A program made the translations under genes and the position numbers. 64,000 bases of DNA, from contig JBMNJG010000012.1 of NCBI GenBank assembly GCA_050951545.1, positions 192,001 through 256,000 of the forward strand, read 5' to 3'. This stretch comes from Limnochordia bacterium (lineage in GTDB: Bacteria > Bacillota > Limnochordia > DTU080). The notes under the pieces are model-generated. The model did not search any database and had not been told where the DNA came from. It saw nothing but the letters and a program-made list of their open reading frames with translations. The stretch's first letter is position 1; each line of letters begins with the position of its first letter. Of this stretch, positions 21,038-30,108 are shown piece by piece.

Positions 21038-21070
21038 GAGTTAGCTCCCCTCGGAAATGTTGATGGCCCG

Positions 21071-22474
21071 TCAAGATGGACAGGCTAGCTGAAGCGTTCT
21101 TTCCCAATGATCGGCTACTTTTAGGGCCTTATCTGCCGCGATCCCTACATAGAGCTCTGGACAGTCGAGCACTTGGCGTTGACTCTTGCTCATGCGATTC
21201 AGGTATGGGGCCAGTTCTTTGCTTTCCTTCACGACGGTGCGCAAAGACTGACCTGTCTGCTCAGCAACTAGGGTGAGCTGACGGACGGCCTCGTGCGCAT
21301 GAGGATGGCCCTGGGCAGCGAGCAACATGTACAAGGGCTCAGCAACTACCATCTCCTTACTGAGCACGAAATTCTCCTTCATTCGGCTAGGATCGACAAC
21401 GACTTTGCGACACACACGCACCAGACGCTCGCTAGCTGCGACAAGGGTGGCGGCCAACTCCGGGACAAAACGACTGGAAGCAGAGTTAGTGAGATCACGC
21501 TGATGCTCCGATATCTGGTCCATGTAGAGAGTCATCATGCGTGGGCAGAACGCTTTCCACATACTCTTGACGTGCTCGAAGTTCCAGGGATTGCGCTTAT
21601 GAGGCATTGTCGACGAGCCGACCTGCAGCTCCTCAAAGCGCTCCCCCACCTCGGCGATCTCACTGCGTTGAAGATGCCGCAGATCATCACAGAAGTTCGC
21701 CAACACTCCAAAGGTGGAAACCAATGCATGCGCCCAATCTAACACGTATTCCGGCTCTACAATCTGTGTGGAGTGCGTTGACGGAGCCAGCCCCAGCTCG
21801 GCCAGTACCTCTCGTTCAAAGGCCTCTGGATCGGCGAAGAACAAGGCACTGGCGTTGTAGGCGCCCACGGCACCAGCCATCTTTCCGCGCAGAGCGGCAG
21901 TGGTCTGCTCTATAACGACCAGGCGGTTGCCCAGACGGCTGGTATACTCTGCCATCGCAAAACCAAAGGTAATGGGTACCGCATGCTGTCCATGGGTGCG
22001 CCCTATCTGTAGGGTGCATGCTTCACTGCGGACGATCCGTATCCATATCTGCATGAGCTCCCTGAGCTGAGGGATGATCATCTGCGTTGTTACGTCGCGA
22101 TACTGTAAAACCCGTGCTGTGTCTGTGATGTCACATGAGGTGGCGCTGAAGTGCACGAATGGCTTTGCCTCGGGGCTGATCCTTCTGTTAATGCAGTTTA
22201 CGAGGGCTCGGACGCTATGGTGGGTGATTGCCTCTTCGGCATAAACCTCTTCGGGTGTAAGCGCTCTGATCGCTTGCGACACTTCTGTGGCCACACTTGT
22301 TGGGCACAGACCGCGTCGTGCTAAGACGGTTGTCAGCGCCTCTTCTACTCTCGCTTGATACTGTATGTAGGCATTCTCGGAAAGGTAGTCGCTCAATCTC
22401 GCGAAAAGATCTGGGGCAGAGGCGTAGTAACGATGGTCTAGAGGGCTGATGGAAGCGAAGACGTCTCGTTGCAC
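21071..22474 (-). CDS. purB: Adenylosuccinate lyase
   Basis: ISPLDHRY, GRTHGQHA, GSSTMPHKRNP signature, in pur context. GTG start after AGGAGA. Confidence 0.93.
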   Translation of the reverse strand: MQRDVFASISPLDHRYYASAPDLFARLSDYLSENAYIQYQARVEEALTTVLARRGLCPTSVATEVSQAIRALTPEEVYAEEAITHHSVRALVNCINRRISPEAKPFVHFSATSCDITDTARVLQYRDVTTQMIIPQLRELMQIWIRIVRSEACTLQIGRTHGQHAVPITFGFAMAEYTSRLGNRLVVIEQTTAALRGKMAGAVGAYNASALFFADPEAFEREVLAELGLAPSTHSTQIVEPEYVLDWAHALVSTFGVLANFCDDLRHLQRSEIAEVGERFEELQVGSSTMPHKRNPWNFEHVKSMWKAFCPRMMTLYMDQISEHQRDLTNSASSRFVPELAATLVAASERLVRVCRKVVVDPSRMKENFVLSKEMVVAEPLYMLLAAQGHPHAHEAVRQLTLVAEQTGQSLRTVVKESKELAPYLNRMSKSQRQVLDCPELYVGIAADKALKVADHWERTLQLACPS

Positions 22475-22487
22475 GCTGCAATCTCCT

Positions 22488-22593
22488 AATGTTCGTGTTT
22501 TGCCGACCCACGTCCATTCTAGCAAAGGCAAAAGGGCATGGTCAAGGCCTAAAACCGAACGTTACAGCTATTATCCGCATATCGTTCGTGTCC
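22488..22593 (-). promoter_or_regulatory. SigA promoter for purB-purD with PurR PurBoxes
   Basis: TTGACC(22545-22540)-18nt-TAGAAT(22521-22516). Inverted PurBox pair GAAC-N23-GTTC (22551-22593) upstream and AAACACGAACATT (22500-22488) downstream, matching the Bacillus-type AWWWCCGAACWWT consensus. Confidence 0.75.
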
Positions 22594-22595
22594 AC

Positions 22596-23099
22596 TCATT
22601 TTTGGCGCCATTCCTTGGCCAGCCTGGCATCTTTGGCGAGGACTTCTGCGGCCATTTCCTGTCTGTAGGCCAGCAGACGTTCGCGCATGCTGGGATCTGT
22701 GAGCGCCAGCAACTGAGTTGCGAAAAGAGCAGCGTTATGGGCCCCGTCAATGGCCATTGTCGCCACTGGGATCCCCGAAGGCATCTGCACGATGGCGTAT
22801 AGGGCATCGACCCCTGCTAGCGCTCCGCCGCGAATAGGGACTCCGATGACTGGCAGAACTGTGTAGCTAGCTAACACTCCGGGTAAGTGGGCCGCTCTGC
22901 CAGCACCAGCAATGAGAATGCGAAGCCCCCGTCCTTCTGCTTCCTTAGCGTAGCAAGCAGCTGCTTCGGGCGTGCGATGGGCGGAAAGCACCCGTACTTC
23001 AGCAGGTACCTGAAGATCGGATAAGGCATGCGCAGCCTTCTGCATCACTTCCCAGTCCGAATCACTTCCCATGACAATCCCTACAAGCGGCTTGTTCAT
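22596..23099 (-). CDS. purE: N5-CAIR mutase / AIR carboxylase PurE
   Basis: [37 protein letters not shown]. Confidence 0.96.
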   Translation of the reverse strand: MNKPLVGIVMGSDSDWEVMQKAAHALSDLQVPAEVRVLSAHRTPEAAACYAKEAEGRGLRILIAGAGRAAHLPGVLASYTVLPVIGVPIRGGALAGVDALYAIVQMPSGIPVATMAIDGAHNAALFATQLLALTDPSMRERLLAYRQEMAAEVLAKDARLAKEWRQK

Positions 23100-23142
23100 C
23101 TGCCCATACGTCCTTCCCCGAATCGTGTTGACATGCTGTAGA

Positions 23143-24372
23143 CTAGCTGACGGCTCGGCGACTCCCCAGGGTATCCAGTTCACCAGAATGACGGCAGCGA
23201 AGAAACGTCAGCCCGGGCATCGGTGGATGTGTTAGAAAGCTGGGGTGTGTCACTCGATTGCCGATCAGAAACACCATGACAAGATAACCAGAACGACGCA
23301 ACGAGAACAATGCTTCGACGATCTCAGGTGTATCCTCAGGGGTGATCACGAGAACAGTTGATGCCCACGGAAGCTGTCTGCCTTCGTCCGAAAGGCACTG
23401 CGCAAAAGGTTTGCCGCGTTGCACCTGCACACGTGCCAGGGCCTCCATGACCTTCATCAACTGGGGACCCCCCTTGCGGCTTGATATCCGAATGGGTGCC
23501 GTATCGGTGATCCCAACCACCGGAGGTCCATCGCGACCATTGGTCACTAGTCCGACTGGTTGCCTTTGCCTATGCAAGTAATAGGCCAGTGACGCTGCTA
23601 CTTCGATAGCAAACTCGCTCATGTGGTCGATCGATTGCACGTCGTACTCCCCGTCACTGAGGTTCAGGAACACGGTGGTCTCCAAAGCAATGGTTGGCGA
23701 GAACTCCCTTACGTGCAATCGTCCACTGCGAGCGCTCGCTTTCCAATGCATACGCTTGAGAGGATCTCCGGGTTGGTACTCCCGTACTCCCGACGTGCGA
23801 GCTGGATCCTCGTAGAAGCGTTGTTGGGCATGAAGTTCACCGATGGGCAAACTCGACGGGAGACCGATGCCAGATAACGGGTGCACCTTCGGGTAGACCA
23901 CAACCTCATCAAACAGATCGATCCGTCCTTGCAGGATCTCTAGGCCCCAAGGGTCGCCAGCTTCAATATGAAGTGGTCCGATGCGAAACACGCCACGAAA
24001 GCGTCCCTGTGTGCGGTAATCAAACGCCACACGTTGGCCGGGGGCCAGAGCGTACACTGCCTTTCGTGGAGAGAGGGCGAATAGACCCGTAGGCAGCTCG
24101 TCTGTTGTCGAAACCCAAACCAGGGGTGCCCAGCTTGTGTTGTGTGCCTGTAACGTGACGGTGAACTCTTCACCTCGAAACAGATGGCTGGTACTGACCT
24201 TGCGCTTTACGACCAATTTTCCGAAACCTTTTCTGGTTACGAAGCGAGCGCCCCAATACACGAGCAAAAGGGAATAAAGTATGACGTAAATGACCTTACC
24301 AGTGAAAAACAGGGCAATAGCACCTATCGCCCACAGACACTGTCGCCAGTATCGGCGCATCATGCGGCACAC
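23143..24372 (-). CDS. DUF58 domain membrane-anchored protein
   Basis: N-terminal TM helices, RG.F.IGP, VYPK, VREYQPGDPLKRMHWKASAR, EVAASLA. Confidence 0.88.
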   Translation of the reverse strand: MCRMMRRYWRQCLWAIGAIALFFTGKVIYVILYSLLLVYWGARFVTRKGFGKLVVKRKVSTSHLFRGEEFTVTLQAHNTSWAPLVWVSTTDELPTGLFALSPRKAVYALAPGQRVAFDYRTQGRFRGVFRIGPLHIEAGDPWGLEILQGRIDLFDEVVVYPKVHPLSGIGLPSSLPIGELHAQQRFYEDPARTSGVREYQPGDPLKRMHWKASARSGRLHVREFSPTIALETTVFLNLSDGEYDVQSIDHMSEFAIEVAASLAYYLHRQRQPVGLVTNGRDGPPVVGITDTAPIRISSRKGGPQLMKVMEALARVQVQRGKPFAQCLSDEGRQLPWASTVLVITPEDTPEIVEALFSLRRSGYLVMVFLIGNRVTHPSFLTHPPMPGLTFLRCRHSGELDTLGSRRAVS

Positions 24373-24378
24373 CCCCAG

Positions 24379-24954
24379 TTAGTGATGCAGGTGTCGACTG
24401 CCGCGGCTGGTGAATGGCTGGTTCGCTGCACACAAAGGGCACTGATCTGCAGACCATGCCTGTGCTTCGAGGCGCATAAGAGGCTCGGCTCTCACCCCGA
24501 ATTCGGCCTTGCCGCCGCTGCGATCCACCAAGTAGCCGACTCCAACGATGTCCCCTTCGCAGTCCTTGACCAAGTTGAGGACCTCAAGAACTGAGCCGCC
24601 TGTTGTCACCACATCCTCGACAATCAGCACCCGTTCACCTGGGGCTATAGCGAAGCCACGACGAAACGTCATGCGGCCGTCCTCACGTTCCGAGAATATG
24701 GCCCTGGTGCCGAGGACTTTGCCTACTCCGTGAGCTAAGAGAATGCCACCAGTAGCTGGTCCCACTACGACCTGTACCCTGTCATCCGCAAAACGAGCCG
24801 CGATCATGTCACACAGCTTCTGAGTCAAGTCAGGATACTGCAGTGCTGCGAACTTCTCTAAGTAGGTGTCGCTGTGTAGGCCTGACGTAAGGACAAAATG
24901 CCCAGAAAGCAGGGCTCCGGTCTGAAGGAACAGATCACGTACCTCGTCACTCAT
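24379..24954 (-). CDS. pyrE: Orotate phosphoribosyltransferase
   Basis: GHFVLTSGLHS and VLIVEDVVTTGGS PRPP motif. Confidence 0.95.
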   Translation of the reverse strand: MSDEVRDLFLQTGALLSGHFVLTSGLHSDTYLEKFAALQYPDLTQKLCDMIAARFADDRVQVVVGPATGGILLAHGVGKVLGTRAIFSEREDGRMTFRRGFAIAPGERVLIVEDVVTTGGSVLEVLNLVKDCEGDIVGVGYLVDRSGGKAEFGVRAEPLMRLEAQAWSADQCPLCAANQPFTSRGSRHLHH

Positions 24955-25033
24955 CTCGCTGACTCCTCCAAGCATCGTTCTGCGCTAGATCATTGCCATG
25001 AGCCCAGATTCCTGGTTCTGGCTACATCGGCAA

Positions 25034-25972
25034 TTATCCCACATGTGCCGCTCCCACAAGCTTGCGAATAGGAAGGCCCGTCTTGTCGCAATAGGCAGCT
25101 AGACCCTGAATAATTTCCACAGCTGCGAGAGGGTTACGGAAAGTGGCAGTTCCCACCGCCACGGCCGTCGCACCAGCGAGGATGAACTCGATCGCATCAC
25201 GCGTAGTCATGATGCCCCCCATGCCGATGATGGGCACATCGACACTCTCATAGACTTGCCAGACCATGCGTACTGCGATGGGACGGATAGCCGGACCAGA
25301 CAGTCCGCCTACCACATTGGCTAAGACTGGTTGGCGTTTTTCGACATCGATGTTCATGCCAAGCAAGGTGTTGATCAGGCTGATGATATCAGCACCCGCA
25401 GCCACAACCGCTTTGGCTATTGCTACGATGTCCGTCACATTGGGTGAGAGCTTCACAATAACCGGTAGGTCGGTTGACTCCGCAACCGCAGCCACTACCG
25501 CAGCAGCAGCTTGGGGGTCAGTTCCAAAGGCAATGCCACCTTCCTTGATGTTGGGGCAGGAGATGTTAACCTCTACAGCGGCGACACCGCGGGCCTGGCT
25601 CAGTTTGGCTGCCACGGCAGCGTACTCCTCAACGGTCTTCCCTACAATGTTGACGATGGTGGCCAAGCGGTGCTCAGCCAGCCAGGGCAGATCACAAGCA
25701 AGAAAATGGTCTACCCCAGGATTCTGCAGACCGATTGAATTAAGCATCCCAGCAGGCGTCTCCGTGATGCGCGGGGGCGGGTTCCCTGGCCAGGGGTCAA
25801 GTGACAAGCCTTTGACAACAAGCGCTCCCAGCGCGTTTATGTCAAAGTACTCGGCGTATTCCCGACCATAGCCGAAAGTACCCGAAGCCACCATGACCGG
25901 GTTTTGCAGGGCTAGGCCCGCCAGTTCCACCTGAAGATTGTGTCGGCTCGCCGAATCAGCACATGACATCAA
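25034..25972 (-). CDS. pyrD: Dihydroorotate dehydrogenase family 1B catalytic subunit
   Basis: [43 protein letters not shown]. Confidence 0.96.
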   Translation of the reverse strand: MMSCADSASRHNLQVELAGLALQNPVMVASGTFGYGREYAEYFDINALGALVVKGLSLDPWPGNPPPRITETPAGMLNSIGLQNPGVDHFLACDLPWLAEHRLATIVNIVGKTVEEYAAVAAKLSQARGVAAVEVNISCPNIKEGGIAFGTDPQAAAAVVAAVAESTDLPVIVKLSPNVTDIVAIAKAVVAAGADIISLINTLLGMNIDVEKRQPVLANVVGGLSGPAIRPIAVRMVWQVYESVDVPIIGMGGIMTTRDAIEFILAGATAVAVGTATFRNPLAAVEIIQGLAAYCDKTGLPIRKLVGAAHVG

Positions 25973-26747
25973 ATGCTACCTCCAGACCGTCGAAAACCGG
26001 ACCTTCCCTACATACCCGTTGCCAGCTCCATTCCTCGCTACCGGTGGGCCGAATCGGGCAGACGCATGAAAGGCAAGCACCGACACCACAGGCCATGCGT
26101 TCTTCGAGCGAGACCTGACAACTCAGGCCGCGTCGCCTACACCATTCCACCACTGCGTGCATCATATGGAGCGGTCCACATGTGTAGACTGGACCGGACC
26201 CCTGCCAGGTTTGCAGAAGGAAGGTGACAGGTCCGCATTGGCCCCAGGAACCATCGTCAGTGGCCACCTCAGTATCAAGGGCCAACGCTTCAAACGCGTC
26301 AACACAGATGACCTCTGCGCCTGTGGAAAAGCCTAGCAGCACGTGAGGTCTCCATCCAAGTGAGTGCATTCTCTGGGCGAGGAACACAAGAGGCGCTGCC
26401 CCCAGTCCACCTCCGACTAACAGAGGCTGTTTCTGTGGTTGTGGCAGCTCGAACCCGTGTCCTAGAGGACCCAAGACGTCCAGAGAAGCGCCTTCCTGAA
26501 GTGAAGCCAGGGCTTCTGTGCCAACTCCTTTGACTCTGAAAAGCACTGACCAGCTGCCATCCTCTGCCACGGAGGAGATGCTCATAGGGCGGCGCAGGAA
26601 TGGATCAAGCGCGTGTGTTGCCGAAAGATGCACGAATTGGCCTGGTTGTGCCTTGGCCATGGCCCAATGGTGTTCCAGGACGAGTTCGTGGATTTCGGGT
26701 GCTACTGCGTGGCTGCGACGGACACTTACCTGAAAGGAACTCTTCAT
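25956..26747 (-). CDS. pyrK: Dihydroorotate dehydrogenase electron transfer subunit
   Basis: [37 protein letters not shown]...VCREGPVF (2Fe-2S). Confidence 0.95.
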   Translation of the reverse strand: MKSSFQVSVRRSHAVAPEIHELVLEHHWAMAKAQPGQFVHLSATHALDPFLRRPMSISSVAEDGSWSVLFRVKGVGTEALASLQEGASLDVLGPLGHGFELPQPQKQPLLVGGGLGAAPLVFLAQRMHSLGWRPHVLLGFSTGAEVICVDAFEALALDTEVATDDGSWGQCGPVTFLLQTWQGSGPVYTCGPLHMMHAVVEWCRRRGLSCQVSLEERMACGVGACLSCVCPIRPTGSEEWSWQRVCREGPVFDGLEVAFDVMC

Positions 26748-26759
26748 GCTTTGCGCTCC

Positions 26760-27836
26760 CTACGCCGACCTCTGCAGCTCGCTTAGAAAGCGATCGACCA
26801 GGCAACACTCTGGTAGCGAGTCTGGAGAGGTCAGGGGATCATATTGTACCGAGGAGACGTTTAGATACTTGTGCCGCAAACCCTCTATCGTTTCGTCATG
26901 AAGGCTCCTGTGCGTGATGACTAGCTCACTGGGAAGACCTCGTTCATCCACAGCGAAGCCATGGTTTTGAGAGGTGATCAAGACGCGATTGGTCTGCAGG
27001 TCCATGACGGGGTGGTTGGCGCCTCGATGGCCATGTGTGAGTTTGAAGGTGTCGGCGCCAAGAGCGAGAGCCAGTATCTGGTGCCCCAGCCCAATGCCGA
27101 GAAGAGGCACAGCCCCTATGAGTCGGGCGGCCGTCTCAATGATACCCTGAGAAGTCTTTGGGTCCCCTGGGCCAGAGGTGAGCAAAACCCCGTCTGGGCG
27201 AAGGGCCAAGATGGCCTCGGCTGACGTGGATGCCGGGACTACGGCGATGCGACAGGCCTTCGTCTTCAGGTGCTGCAGTATGTTTCGTTTCGCCCCAAAA
27301 TCGAAGATCACAATGCGTTTCCCGTCGCCTCTGTGCTCCATGAACGGTTGGGTGGTTGTGACTGCGCTGACGAGATCCTGACTGGAGATATCGGGAGCGG
27401 CGACTATACGTGCCAGCAACCCGGACGAGTCTACGTCACCGCTAGCAATGGCTCCCTTCATAGTACCCTGATCACGCAGCATGCAGGTCAGCGCTCTGGT
27501 ATCTAGACCAGAGATTCCGACCATGTCATGCTTCTGCATGAAGCTGGCGAGCATACCTCCCGATTGCCAGTGGCTAGGGGTAGAAGACGCTTCGCTGACC
27601 ACGAGGCCGCGAGCGTGCGGTCGCTCAGAGGTGAGGACTGCTTTGCTGATTCCATAGTTGCCGATCAGCGGGTACGTCAGCATCAGAATCTCACCGTGGT
27701 ATGAAGGATCGACAATGATATCTTGGTACCCTGTCATGCTGGTGTTGAACACGACCTCGCCGTGTACCTCACCAGGGACTCCCAAGGTCTGTCCTTCCCA
27801 AACGGCTCCATTTTCTAGCATCAGAATCGAGCGCAC
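26760..27836 (-). CDS. carA: Carbamoyl-phosphate synthase small subunit homologue lacking the glutaminase catalytic triad
   Basis: GEVVFNTSMTGYQ, DPSY, TYPLIGNYG, DTRALT, GPGDP, SQNHGFAVD are intact; GIGLGHQ and QYDPL replace GICLGHQ and QYHPE. Start may be 27845. Confidence 0.93.
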   Translation of the reverse strand: MRSILMLENGAVWEGQTLGVPGEVHGEVVFNTSMTGYQDIIVDPSYHGEILMLTYPLIGNYGISKAVLTSERPHARGLVVSEASSTPSHWQSGGMLASFMQKHDMVGISGLDTRALTCMLRDQGTMKGAIASGDVDSSGLLARIVAAPDISSQDLVSAVTTTQPFMEHRGDGKRIVIFDFGAKRNILQHLKTKACRIAVVPASTSAEAILALRPDGVLLTSGPGDPKTSQGIIETAARLIGAVPLLGIGLGHQILALALGADTFKLTHGHRGANHPVMDLQTNRVLITSQNHGFAVDERGLPSELVITHRSLHDETIEGLRHKYLNVSSVQYDPLTSPDSLPECCLVDRFLSELQRSA

Positions 27837-27892
27837 ACCTATCACTCCCAGGAAATCGTGTTACGCTGTGCGGGCATGTCGGAGGCTATGAC

Positions 27893-28825
27893 CTAGGCTC
27901 GCCTCAGCGCCCTATTGATGGACTCCTTGGCCATCGATGCGGCTTGTCTGGCCGCTGCAGCAAAACCTCGAGCATCACCGGAACGGCGGTAGGCGAAGAG
28001 GATGTCACGGCTGGAGTTGACCACCGCACCCATGCCCTGTCGGTCAAAGGCCCCTGCCACGTCATCTGCCCGCGCCCCTTGTGCTCCGAAGCCTGGTAGC
28101 AGAAAGACAGTGTGCGGCATGGATTCGCGCAGCACCCGGATAGCTTCCGGGTGTGTGGCCCCAACCACTGCACCAAGCGCGCTGTAGCCTGCGCGACCTA
28201 GACACGACCTACCCCACATGTCGACGAGACGGGCCACTTCAGTGTACAGAGGTTTGCCATCTACGTTTAGGTCCTGGATCTGCGTGGCACTGGAGTTTGA
28301 AGTGCGTACCAGGGCAAAAACGCCTTTTCCCCTTCCCCATCGTTGAAGGAACGGTTCAATACCGTCACTGCCCAAGTAAGGATTGACCGTGATCGCGTCT
28401 GCTTCCCCCGGTCCGCCGTCTGCATCGCCCGAGCATGGTCCGAGGAAACCTGCCGCATAACCTTCGGCAGAAGAGCCGATGTCATTTCGCTTGGCGTCTG
28501 CAATGACAAGCAGATCGTGCTCTAATGCAGTCTGCACCGTGGACTCGTAGGCGCGCCATCCCGGGGCGCCCCACTGTTCGTACAGGGCTAGTTGTGGTTT
28601 CACGGCCACGGCGTGATCCACTACCGCCGCGATGATCTCTCGATTGAACCGTAACGCCGCATCCGCCATCTGCACACGTAAGTCGCCTTCACAGCACTTA
28701 CGCGCATTCTCTACCAAGTGCTTGGGTAGCAGCCCTGCATGTGGGTCTAGACCAACCACCAACCGGCTGTTCTTATCGGCACAGGCGTCAAGCAGGCGAT
28801 CGGCAAAATGTCGACTCTTATTCAT
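27893..28825 (-). CDS. pyrF: Orotidine-5'-phosphate decarboxylase (subfamily 2)
   Basis: VGLDP, KPQ, DAKRNDIG, RTSN, GAVVGAT, PGFGAQG, NSSR; ATGA overlap with the pyrC stop. Confidence 0.95.
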   Translation of the reverse strand: MNKSRHFADRLLDACADKNSRLVVGLDPHAGLLPKHLVENARKCCEGDLRVQMADAALRFNREIIAAVVDHAVAVKPQLALYEQWGAPGWRAYESTVQTALEHDLLVIADAKRNDIGSSAEGYAAGFLGPCSGDADGGPGEADAITVNPYLGSDGIEPFLQRWGRGKGVFALVRTSNSSATQIQDLNVDGKPLYTEVARLVDMWGRSCLGRAGYSALGAVVGATHPEAIRVLRESMPHTVFLLPGFGAQGARADDVAGAFDRQGMGAVVNSSRDILFAYRRSGDARGFAAAARQAASMAKESINRALRRA

Positions 28826-30108
28826 TGAGCATCCCCCCATGCCAGTATCCCGTTCACGAATGTAGCGATCGGCCAACCCCGCAGACGTTGTCCTAGTAGG
28901 GGGGTGTTCTTGCCTTTCGAAACAAGATTTGCCGCCGTTACGACCAGTTCTTTTTTGGGGTCTACTAAAGTAAAATCGGCTGCAGTTCCCGGTCGAAGTG
29001 TGCCAGCGCCATCTGCCAATCCCAGCAACTCAGCTGGTCGGGTGCTCAGTACCTGTACCAGTCGTGAGAGGCTCACGCGGCCAGTAGAGACGAGGTGGGT
29101 ATAAAGTAACGCCAGAGTAGTCTCCAGAGCCACGGCTCCCCAAGGCGCTCGAGTGATCTCCACATCGGCCTCCTCAGCGGTCCAGGGTGTGTGATCGCTG
29201 GAGACGCAGTCAATGATCCCCTTGGCTAATCCTTCGACAAGGGCTTCTACGTGATCGACGGATCTGAGGGGCGGCAGAAGCTTGCATGCAGGGTCAAAGC
29301 TCTCTAACGCTTCGTCGGTCAGTACGAGGTGATGGGCCGAAACGTCGCAGCTGACAGGGATGCCAGCTGCCTTAGCCTGCGCCATGAGCCGGACCGAGTT
29401 GGCTGAACTAATCCGAAAGAAGTGCACTGGGCAGTCCGTCTCGGCCGCGAGTAACAGATCACGTGCGAGGGCTGTCTCTTCAGCCACAGCTGGTATGCCC
29501 TTCAATCCACACAACGTCGAAACCGTACCCTCGTGCATCAGTCCATCCATGACAAGCGCTGGATCGTGTGGTTGCACGCCAACAAGAGGCACCATTCCTT
29601 TGAGATACTGAAGCGTGCGCCGAAACAGGGCAGCGTTCGTGATAGGGCCATCCGGCTGCACAAAAGCCTGAGCACCTGCTTCTGCCATGGCCGCAAACTC
29701 TGGCATGGTCTCTCCAGCTAGTCCGGTGCTGAGAGCCCCCGCCACCAGAACACGCACACGGCCCTTCTTAGCTCCATGCACGAGCGCCTGGGCCACTGCC
29801 GATGGGGTATCTAGGGCGGGGTGTGTGTCAGGCATCATCAGCACTGTAGTATAGCCGCCGCGAGCAGCCGCCTGGGATCCACTCTCTACGGTCTCTCGCT
29901 CTTCGGCCCCCGGTTCGCACAGGTGAGTATGTAAGTCCACAAGTCCGGGCAGAAGCAGCAGACCATCGGCCTTAATAAGGCGTGCACCGCTGCTGGCGAC
30001 ATCGCTGCCGATCTGCGCGATGCGTCCGTCGATCACCAGAAGATCCTGCTGTGAATCAAGATCATCTGCAGGGCTCACCAGGCGAGCTCCCTTAACTAGC
30101 CAGTTCAT
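28822..30108 (-). CDS. pyrC: Dihydroorotase homologue, probably inactive PyrC'-type
   Basis: Type I DHOase fold (DLHTHL, AARGGYTT, PPLR, SDH) with several metal and substrate ligands replaced (see findings). Confidence 0.88.
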   Translation of the reverse strand: MNWLVKGARLVSPADDLDSQQDLLVIDGRIAQIGSDVASSGARLIKADGLLLLPGLVDLHTHLCEPGAEERETVESGSQAAARGGYTTVLMMPDTHPALDTPSAVAQALVHGAKKGRVRVLVAGALSTGLAGETMPEFAAMAEAGAQAFVQPDGPITNAALFRRTLQYLKGMVPLVGVQPHDPALVMDGLMHEGTVSTLCGLKGIPAVAEETALARDLLLAAETDCPVHFFRISSANSVRLMAQAKAAGIPVSCDVSAHHLVLTDEALESFDPACKLLPPLRSVDHVEALVEGLAKGIIDCVSSDHTPWTAEEADVEITRAPWGAVALETTLALLYTHLVSTGRVSLSRLVQVLSTRPAELLGLADGAGTLRPGTAADFTLVDPKKELVVTAANLVSKGKNTPLLGQRLRGWPIATFVNGILAWGDAQ

